Shown one piece after another: positions 54,267-64,000 of a stretch of 64,000 nucleotides of DNA. Below the pieces are notes generated by a model. It was given only the letters and a program-made list of their open reading frames with translations, made no database searches and was not told the DNA's origin. The translations under genes and the position numbers were made by a program. The stretch is taken from NCBI GenBank assembly GCA_000697335.1, contig JNEM01013031.1, positions 1 through 64,000 of the forward strand, read 5' to 3'. Position 1 is the stretch's first letter. The number at the start of each line of letters is the position of its first letter. The DNA is from Conidiobolus incongruus B7586 (lineage: Eukaryota).

Positions 54267-55694
54267 ATGATATCAAATAATTTAAGTCGGATCATATGTT
54301 GGTTCATATTGATAAATTCAATATGGTCTACTATTTCGCATTACAATCGACCTCACTATCGCAAAAAATCAACCAGTGGAGATGACAAAGAGCGAAAAAA
54401 AGCTGTTAAGCAAGCTTTTCAACATGCTTGGGAAGGTTATAAAAAGTATGCTAGTGGCTTTGATGAAGTGCAACCGATCTCGGGACAATTTAGCGGATGG
54501 GGTGTTACCATGGTGGATGCATTATCAACTTTATGGCTAATGGATATGAAGGAAGAATTTCGAAATACTGTTGACAAAATCAGAAATGTCGACTTCACCA
54601 AATCGAATCAACCGGTCAACACTTTTGAAACCACTATCCGATATTTAGGAGGGTTGATCAGTGGTTACGACTTATCTGGAGAGCAGATATTATTGGAAAA
54701 GGCGGTGCAACTTGCTGACAAATTGATGTATATGTTCAATTCGCCTTCTGGATATCCCTATGGGGACATGGATTTCCGCACTAATCAGCCAGTTGATAAG
54801 ACTAGGGTGTCTCTTGCAGGTATTGGTAGCATTCAGCTTGAATTCACCAAACTAGGCCAGATAACTGGAGATATAAAGTATAAACAAGCAGCTCAACAAG
54901 TCTTCTATAAATTAGATGCATTATACAAGGAAACTCCAGGGCTGTACCCATATAGATTGAGTCCCAGTACTGGAGACTTTATCACGAAAGCTGTTAGTTT
55001 CGGAGCGGAAGGAGATAGTTTTTACGAATACTTGATCAAACTTTATGCACTAGAAGGTGGTAGAAACAATCGCTGGAGGCAAATGTACTTGGAGAGCATC
55101 AAAGGCTTCAAAACCCTTGTACGTCAAGGATATCAAAACAATACCTACATTGGAATATTAGATGAATCTGGCGCTTTCGTTCCCAAAATGGACCATCTAT
55201 CCTTATTCATGGGCGGCCTACTTCAATACGGTGATCATATTCTCAACACCACCGACAACTCCCAGTTGGGATTAGCAATTACTGAAACTGGATTTCAATT
55301 TCATACTAGATCCAAAACTGGATTGGCTCCGGAATTAATCACATTCTCTTCAGATCAACCGATTCACTTCGTCCAAAAGATGAACTTACTGAGACCAGAA
55401 CTACTCGAATCCCTCTTCTACTCCTACCGATTTACCAAAAATTCACAATATAGAGATTATGCGTGGGAAATTTTCCAAGCGTTCGAAAAGTATTCGAAGA
55501 CAGATATTGCTTACGCATGTTATCGCGATGTGAACAATATGGATAAAACGACGCAACAAATTGACGGCATGGAAAGTTTCTTCTTAGCAGAAACGCTGAA
55601 ATACCTTTATTTGATATTTTCTGACGATTCAGCATTGGATTTGACAAAATGGGTCTTGAATACTGAAGCACATCCTCTGAGGATTCAATATTAA
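54267..55694 (+). CDS. GH47 class I alpha-1,2-mannosidase (copy 2), intronless, 475 aa, N-terminal signal/anchor
   Basis: AFQHAWEGYKKYA.GFDE, VDALSTL, FETTIRYLGGL, SIQLEF, GAEGDSFYEYLIK, MDHL, LRPELLESLFY, MESFFLAETLKYLYL, LNTEAHP. Confidence 0.95.
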   Translation: MISNNLSRIICWFILINSIWSTISHYNRPHYRKKSTSGDDKERKKAVKQAFQHAWEGYKKYASGFDEVQPISGQFSGWGVTMVDALSTLWLMDMKEEFRNTVDKIRNVDFTKSNQPVNTFETTIRYLGGLISGYDLSGEQILLEKAVQLADKLMYMFNSPSGYPYGDMDFRTNQPVDKTRVSLAGIGSIQLEFTKLGQITGDIKYKQAAQQVFYKLDALYKETPGLYPYRLSPSTGDFITKAVSFGAEGDSFYEYLIKLYALEGGRNNRWRQMYLESIKGFKTLVRQGYQNNTYIGILDESGAFVPKMDHLSLFMGGLLQYGDHILNTTDNSQLGLAITETGFQFHTRSKTGLAPELITFSSDQPIHFVQKMNLLRPELLESLFYSYRFTKNSQYRDYAWEIFQAFEKYSKTDIAYACYRDVNNMDKTTQQIDGMESFFLAETLKYLYLIFSDDSALDLTKWVLNTEAHPLRIQY

Positions 55695-55926
55695 TAAATT
55701 ATTGTAATATTATGTTTGGTATTTTTGATATAGGCTTTTGATTTTATAATTTCAAATTAGTAACAAAGTGAAATATCATTAAAATTTTATAATAACTATT
55801 TTAAAAAGATATTTGGCCTTAACCAATTTTTGATTAAATATAAAACCATATTATACAATTCTGTTAAATAATATTAGGTATGGCTGTTTCTGACTTTAAT
55901 CATTTAATTAGAAATTTAATGATGAC

Positions 55927-57334
55927 TTAAGACTGAATTTTGAGAGTATGAGTTTCTGTATTGAAAATTCATTTTCTTAAATCGAACATCTTCTCATCTT
56001 AAAAGTAATATACAAACATTTGAGGGTTTCTGGTAAGAAGTGGTTATCCGCAGTGTCAATCTGTTGACTAGATTTATTTGTATTGATCACGTCGTAATAT
56101 CATGTATAGGTAATGTCAGTTTTCGAATAGGTTTCGAACACTTTAAAGGTTCTTCATGCTTGATCTCTGAATTTTCTATTTTCTTTGAACTTGTAGGAAT
56201 AAAATATCGGCTATAGTAGTTTTGGCCTCAAAAGTTTTCTTGTATCCATAAGTTGTATGGAATTATCTTTGGAAAAGTAAATTGATTCTGATGCTAAGCC
56301 TGTCTTAGAATCAGTAGAATCGGACTCTGATTTGGGAATATTCTTTGTTGAAAATAAAATTACCATATTGGAGCAATGATCCCATGGATCAAGACAGGCA
56401 GTTCATTGTTGTGATGAAGCTGTCAAAGGTGCTTAAAGTGTCAATATATATGTTATTGATACAACTTTGAGGTACAAGTGATTTGAAACCCTGAATACTT
56501 TCGGATTATATGTGCCCGAAATAATTTCTACTTTTTTCAAATGCGTACATTTTGATCAAATACTATTAGAAGCTACCATCTTTCACCTCGTAGCTATCAA
56601 ATTTGGTAATAAAATCTCTTATGTGTGCACTCAGAATATGCTGATAAAGCCTTGGATTCCTTTCAAGGAATCCATCCAATTTATAAAAGACATTCTGAAC
56701 GGTTGTTTAATGCCTTACATTCCCAGTAATTTCAGTTGGTCTCGAGAATACTTGATGGACTGTTGCAATACATGCAAGACACATTTCTGCCAAGGCGGTG
56801 ATCACTCCAAAGATCCATGTAGACATATGTTAATGTAGAAGGTGATTTAAATACTCGTATCATCTTATTCTTTTACTGAAATACCTTATTCAAGTAGAGC
56901 TCCTCTCTAAACAAATTTTAAGTACTAATTAATTCACTTCAATATCTAATAGTGGTTTCATATGTTTTGAAGATAGATTGAATTCTGAGAAATTAATGCT
57001 ATTCAATATTTCAAGCTGACCATAAAATTCATCTTTCAAGTCTAGTAGCCACAAAATAGATATTAAGTGAATTATTGTAACACTATAGTCTCCATATCGA
57101 CAAAGCTTTGAATTTGTAAATATAGTCTGGAAGTATCGGTATACCAACTATATTGTTTATAGCCTGAAAAGCTTTCCAACAGCACTCTTATTTTTTCACC
57201 ATTCTAATCTTCCCTTATAAAGATATTTGGTTCAAATTTTTGGGCTAATGAATATCAATACATATATTATTCTGAATAATAAAATAATCAAAATTATTGA
57301 CTATCAATTAATCGATAGAATTCTAAAGATTCAT
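55927..57334 (-). pseudogene. GH47 alpha-1,2-mannosidase relic (copy 3)
   Basis: Minus-strand remnants VTIIHLISILWLLDLKDEF, GSF*(*)YLIKMYA, LDPW, HFLPETLKCLYITF, IFNTETHTLKI. Many stops and indels. Confidence 0.82.
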
Positions 57335-57867
57335 AAAAGTACCTTTAATATCTATATTGCTATTATAGAATAATTTTCAGTAATTATAATAGTCAATATA
57401 TTTGTATTTATGATCAATATTTACAATATTATTTCAATTGAATTCATATTCTTTCCAAATATGGATTGATAATATTTGTGATAGGTGACTGAAAATCATT
57501 CTTTTACTAAATTTTTATATCACAATACAGCAATACAATTTTGTAGTTATGTATTATACAGCTTGTTTTTAATATCCAGATAAATTCTGTGTTGATATAT
57601 AGTTCAATTGAAAATGTATATGTTTAGTTAATTTAAATAATTTAATACAAAAGAATAAATCCCTTAAATCACCAATCATATTATATATATGGAATATCTT
57701 TATTGAATCATAATATAATATAAATATTGATATTACTATAGAATTAAAGAAATGGGAAATTTTTTAATTTCTGATTTTTTAAACATATTATTAGTTTCAA
57801 ATAAAAATATATACAAAACAAATAAGAAAATAAATAGTTTTGAATTATATATATATATATATATATA

Positions 57868-58784
57868 TAATAATTTTTTTGATTAAAAAATTTATTTTTA
57901 AAATTGGTTGTTTAATTTAATCTTGTTTAAACCAAATAATAACCATTAAAAGTTTTTTATTTTAGTATTAGTAAAACTTAACCACAAACCCTTTAAAATC
58001 ATTTAAAATTTACAAGCAGATTTTAATAATAAAATATTATTTAAAATAACAATTTATTACTAGGTAAATTACTTTAAAGTTAAGAGAAAAACTACTTAAA
58101 ACCTATTAAAATTTAAAAGATTAATTTTAATTATTATTCTTTTAATTATTAATAAAGTGAAAAATTATATTAAAAAATACCTTTTTATTTCAGTTAAAAA
58201 ATTATCAAGATACTTTAATATTAGTTTTGTTAAAACATAAATCAAGGTGTTAAATTAAGTTAAATCTACCTGAATATTAATTGTTAACTATTCTTATTTA
58301 ATTTTTAAAAGAAAAATAATTAATAATAAACTTTATATTTTTTTAAATAAAATTATTTTTAATTGGTATTCTTAATATAATTTAAGAAAACATTATTTTA
58401 CATAATAATTGTAAAATACATAAATTTAAAGTTGTAAAAAACTTTCTAATTAAAAATAACTAGAAAAAACTACTACATATAATATATTCTTTAAATTATA
58501 ACTTATGTGATTATAATTGTTTTAAGTAATTAAAAAACTAGCTTACAAGAAAGAAAATTTCTATTGGAAAATTTAATTGGTTTGTAAAATATCAAATTTT
58601 AGTCTTTAATAAAAAGAACTATTTTTTAAGTGTTAGATCTTTGCTAAAAGTATAGCAAAAAGTTATTAGAAATAAAGGAAATTTTCAATTTTATAATATA
58701 TAATTATTTTTACTTTTTATATATTAAAATGTTTATTTTTTTCAATCACAAAAAATTCCCATTATTTAAATTACAAAGTAATAC
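57868..58784 (+). mobile_element. Internally deleted mariner (D,D34D) relic (copy B), inverted relative to copy A
   Basis: Roughly 90% identical by eye to the reverse complement of 26972-28148. HTH region TIYY*VNYFK; IILHNN(58404)...CD(58509)YNCF. About 200 nt including WVPHEL and the first Asp are missing at ~58225. Abuts (TA)n. Confidence 0.85.
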
Positions 58785-60044
58785 TAAAATTTACTATATC
58801 AGTAATTTTGGTTGATCATCAAAAAAATAAAAATTGCAAACATGTTGCATTGTCTGACCTATCAATAGCATTTCCTTCTTCATGATCTAATACTGGAATA
58901 TTGGTCTAGCAATAAAATCAACCATTGGAAAGGTAAAAAATACAGAATTCAGACCAATATATCACATATTTACAATTATCTGTAAAATGGTTGTCTAAAG
59001 CCAAGTAAATCTGAATACTCACTCTTTTTAAGAAACTTTTAGAGTAGTGAAAATAGTTTTTTGAACCATGTTGAAGAATATCAAATCATGTACCATCTTG
59101 AAAGTAATTTCTGCCATTTGGGAATGGATATAAAATTTGAAATGTGGATAATACAGGCTAATTCTGTTAACTAAAATAGCGTTGCCACTGCCTACAAAAG
59201 TAAATAAATTTTCCGCATCAATGCTTGTATATAAATTAAAAACATGTAGCTGCACTCCCATTATACTTTGGACATTACTGACACTATTTAATATTTCATG
59301 AATATAACCATTTCTTGTCTTCAGTAGATACAGTCCATCTACTTAATCTGAATAATATCATAATACTATAATCATTTATTAATTCTGGTTTATCCCCTTC
59401 CTCACTTTCAAACTCAAAAAGTATTTCAATCAATGTAAACATATTCCCCAATAATCATCGATTGACAATGAAACGTCAATTTCCAATTCAACAAAATTTA
59501 TATGTTTAAATTTGTCATTAAAAAAAAATCTCAATTTTTCATCGTATCTCGAATTGATAGTTCTTTATAAATTGAGAAAATTGGCTTAAATACAATTAAT
59601 TCAAATATAATTATGGTTCCAATTCAACATAAATTTTAAAATGATTGAATAGACATTAAATATACTATCAAAATCCCAAATTTTTTATTGTCAAAAATAT
59701 AGTCAATTTCGAAATTTGTGACAGATTTTTGGTGCACAGTATTTCACATTAAAACCAAAATTTTCATAGATATTATTTTAAAAATTTATTGATTTTATTG
59801 AGTATTTAATTAATATTTTAGTATTTAAATGATTAATAGGTCTATTTGAATAATATAATTATGTCGAATTGAAATAATATGATTTCAGACAACTCTTCAT
59901 ATAATCAAATATCAATCATTTCAATGGATGAAGGAAATCCATATTGATTCCAATATATTTTGATATTGAATTCACAAAAATTTGGACATAGAGTGGATAT
60001 AGTTTTTGAGTCACAACTACAGGCTTATACTATAACTTACTAAA

Positions 60045-60080
60045 ACATATAATATAATATAATATAATATAATATAATAA
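60045..60080. repeat. (ATATA)n pentanucleotide microsatellite
   Basis: Direct reading of the sequence. Confidence 0.8.
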
Positions 60081-61901
60081 TAAGGAATACTATCTTTTTA
60101 TTAATTATAAATATAAGCTCTTAGTATAAAACTTGCAGTATAAAGAAATAATCGATCCTCAATCACAGATTTCAATTATTTAGTATATTTTATATGATCA
60201 GACCGATACCAACTGCCGGAAATTCTATTTTGGGTTTGATAACAGATTATAGGATATCGAAAAGTTGGTATATAATCATTACATTATACGTTTTGATTAA
60301 TAGCATAGCAATTACCCTCAAAGAATTCATATATATATATATATATAATATGGATATTTTTAAACAATATCAAAATTTTATCATAATAATAATGAAAATG
60401 GTTCCTGATATCTTTGTAAATTGAAATACAATTAAATCCAAATGGTCAAAATTTCAAATTTGTTAATTCATATTGAAATTTTAATAAGTTAATAATATGA
60501 TCGAAAACATATAAAAGCAATATTTCAATATCATTTTTAATTCAACACGTTCAAGTTGATAAAACTTTGGAAGTATATAAATTATAGAATTTTAATTATT
60601 ATTGATAATTTGTTAAAATAAATTTATTCCAATAATATTACACTTCAATATTTTATCCATATAACTTTTCTATAATTATCATGGATATCTTACAAATATT
60701 AACATTTAATATCACATTGTTTTTATCTTATCAAAGAGCATTAAATCTAAAGCCACCGAAATAAAATTAATATTAATCATAAGTATTATGGAATTGAAAT
60801 CAACCTCCAGATTGATCGTAGCTACAATAAATTATATTTATCATATTTGACTCGTCCCAAGTAATATACAGTGTTTTACATTTCCTCAAGTTTATCAGTG
60901 GATGTTAATATTCGAAATGAATATAGTCACCATTGTAACTATATGAAGCTGTTTGATTATATGTCACCAAATTAAGAAAATTTCAAATTTTGGGCTATTT
61001 GCTTGTTAGTAATATGTATTCCTATAGATATAATCTATTTCTATGGTGCTGTTAACAGATATATTCAACCTACTATTAGCCGTATGATATGTTTTCCATT
61101 TTTAAATCTGGATTGGATTTCATCCATAATGAATTGTATTATCCTTTTATTATTAATAATCTGTTGTTAATAATTACATATTACTAATTTGCATTGGATT
61201 TCAAAGTGAATCAGCAACAGAATGAGAACTGAAGTCCAATCCAATCAGGATTATTAATAATTTTTAAAAGCCAAAAATTTAAAATTATTATACAATTAAT
61301 CATTGATTTGATATTATTCAACGGGAATTTTATGTTGATAAATATTTCTCTACTTTAAGATATATTATTAGGTATAAAAGTCCTCCAGTTAATGAGGCCA
61401 TTTCTTTTGGTTTGATTCAAACTATCATCGCCTTGAATGCCGTTTAACTATTACCTTATACTTAAGTTGAGTCATGATTTAATATTATTATTTTGCAAAA
61501 AGTTGAACACCAAAATGTTTTTTCTAGATATCTTCGCTGAATAAAAGATATTTATTCTTGAAAATCGAATTAACTCACCAAGTTGAAAACTTATCCAATG
61601 CTACTTACCAGAGTTATATCATTTAAATCGGACCTAGCGTTAGCAAGCACTATTCCAAGACGCTTCAAAATAATCGAGCAATATTGCAAAATCCTTAACG
61701 TAAACTAAAAATGTGAGTGTTTTTGATTGCTATAAAATTGCAATAAGTATAAAATTCAATTTTTAAATGTATAATATACATATTCTTCAGATTGATATTT
61801 AAGATATGCTTTTATCAATTGTTTAAATATGCATATATAAATTTCAATAAATTTCATAATTGTTAATTTGAGAATAGCTTTATAATCAAATTCATAAAAA
61901 A

Positions 61902-63327
61902 TTATGGAATTCGCAATGGATGAGCTTCGGTATTGAACACCCACTGATTCAAATCCAAGACACTATCCTTAGAGAAGATGAGATATAGATATTTCAAAGT
62001 TTCGGCTAGGAAGAAGCTCTCCATAATGTCGACTTGTTGTCCGCTCTTGTCAAGGTTGTTCACGTCGCCATAACATGCGAATGCTGTGTTGGTGCGACTG
62101 TACTTTTCTAAGGCAACGAAAATGGACCAAGCTTTGTCGCGGTATTCTTTGCGATGGGTAAAGCGCCACGAATAGAAGAGAGATTCGAGGAGTTCAGGGC
62201 GTAGGTAGTTAAGGCTGTTGGTGAATTCCAATGGACGGTTGCTGTGCCAGCGTACATTGTCAGGAGCTAATCCAGTCTTGGCTTGGGCATAGAATTGGTA
62301 GCCAGTTTCTGTGAGGTCGAGACCAAGTTGAGAATTGTCTTTGGTATTGAGGATGAAGTCACCGTATTGGAGGAGTCCTCCCATGAATAGGGATAAATGA
62401 TCCATAGTTTGTTCGAAATCACCATTGCCATTAAGTCTTCCAAAGTATTTGAGACCGTTGTGACCGGTGCGCACCAAAGTCTTGAAGCCTTCGACGGATT
62501 CCAAGTACATGCGCTTCCATTGACCGTTTTCGCCATTGGTCAAAGCGTACAGCTTGATCAAATATTCGTAGAAACTATCACCAGCTGCGCCAAAGGTCAC
62601 TTCCTTAGTAACAAACCTTCCAGTGTTAATATCTAACCAGATTGGGTAGAGACCCTTTTGAGCCTTAGGAAGCTTGTCCAATGTATCAAAGACCTTCTGA
62701 GCTGCCCTAGCATATTTAGGGTCCTTAGTAATTTGACTTAACCTCGTAAATTCCAATTGAACAGTTCCAATTTCTGCCAAGTTCACGGTATTACCACTAG
62801 CAGGACGGTTGTCGCGAAAATCAATAGCACCATAAGGGTACCCTGATGGTGAATTAAACATGAGCATCATTTTGTCTGCTAAAATCTTAGCTTTTTCCAG
62901 TAGTATAGATTCGTGGGAAAGATCATAAGCTGATATCAGACCTCCAAGGTATCTGATATTGGTTTCAAAGGTGATTACAGGACGATCGGTCTTTGTAAAG
63001 TCAACATCATCCACTCTAGCGACAGCTTCGTAGAATTCTTCTTTAAGGTCCATAAGCCAAAGAGTTGACAACGAATCAACGATTGTTACACCCCAACCCT
63101 GAAAACGATCAGATACACTACGATTAGAGATAGGTCTGACTTCGTCGTGGCCCCAAGCGTACTTTTTGTAGCCATTCCAAGCGTGTAAAAAAGCGTGCTT
63201 AAGGGTTCACATCAGTCTTCCGGTGGTAGAAGATTTCGAGAAATTTATAGGTTGCAGGACTTGCTGCGACTTGATTGAAATTGGCTAAATTGATAAAAGA
63301 AAATAATACAAGATTTTTTAGTATCAT
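61902..63327 (-). pseudogene. GH47 alpha-1,2-mannosidase (copy 4); catalytic domain open but signal peptide out of frame at ~63201
   Basis: ATG 63327 gives MILKNLVLFSFINLANFNQVAA...TDVNP*. The next frame starts KHAFLHAWNGYKKYAWGHDEVRP and runs uninterrupted to NTEAHPLRIP*. Confidence 0.75.
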
Positions 63328-64000
63328 TCCTATTATGTGACTGTCAAAACTGATAATTTTTATTTTTAAATTGAATTAAGTATTCAAAGTTGAATTTATG
63401 TCACTTGATTCATTTTTTTAAATTGTATGGGATATTTTACATTTTTATGGCATGATATTAGGCGATGATGTAATCACTATATTGATTAATATTACAAATT
63501 TAAAATAAAATTATTGAACATGAGGGATTAGTTTAAAACCCTGAATATTATCATATCATCATTCAATTATATCATTTTAGACAGTTATTGAACACTAGAT
63601 TTTAAAAAAAATTAGCAGTATTAGGTATTTAATAAATTTTAAATAGTTATCTCCAATACAATTTGGTTGTATTCATCAATTATTCAATTTCTATCCATAC
63701 AATACTTTACTAAAAGCATCAATATATCACTTAAATTCTTTAGAAATAACAATAATAATATTAGTTAATATAAAGTATTATTAACTTGAGTAAAATATTA
63801 CTCCCTATATATTTTGTCCATTAGCCCTTTGAATTAGCTGTAATAAGTCTTGTTAATGGTATATTAAATTAGATTTATCTAGTCAATATTCTGGTGATAT
63901 ACTAAAATACACTTTGTTTTTTGAGAGAATTAGAAAATTACTAATATCTAAAATGATTTATGTCAATTGAAATTTTTCAAAATATTACTGATGATTTTTC

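Noticed and set aside
5137..61944. Numerous 60-110 aa ORFs in AT-rich DNA or antisense to real genes (e.g. 5137, 9257, 10394, 24311, 27734, 29934, 35871, 36336, 39382, 43449, 60194, 62397)
   Set aside because: I/L/F/K/N/Y-biased chance ORFs, shadows of genes, or overlaps with the tRNA and transposon relics; many lack ATG and motifs.
1..64000. CRISPR arrays, rRNA, prokaryotic defence systems
   Set aside because: No repeat-spacer periodicity or rRNA-like segment seen; the sequence is intron-containing eukaryotic DNA.

Overview
Very AT-rich eukaryotic DNA with short (~47-65 nt) GT-AG introns. The gene content and composition suggest an early-diverging fungus, possibly Entomophthoromycotina/Conidiobolus-like (inference only). 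Contents: TIM54; a tandem array of six minus-strand secreted class-3 lipases (two intact, three 5'-damaged, one relic; one damaged copy also lacks the catalytic Ser); two AAAP amino-acid transporters plus a relic of a third; a disrupted PPR gene; tRNA-Leu(UAA); mitoribosomal RSM27/mS33; VMA8 (V-ATPase D) with a frameshift; a frameshifted kappa-GST/HCCA-isomerase-like gene; and four GH47 alpha-1,2-mannosidase copies (one intact). The most notable signal is invisible in the ORF track: three ~1 kb A/T-saturated tracts translate as mariner D,D34D transposases wrecked almost entirely by C>T/G>A transitions (RIP-like), while short solo LTRs nearby stay GC-rich. A second theme is an unusual density of small deletions in otherwise clean genes, which is either a decaying duplicated region or assembly error. 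All calls are from manual translation and motif recognition; no database searches were run.
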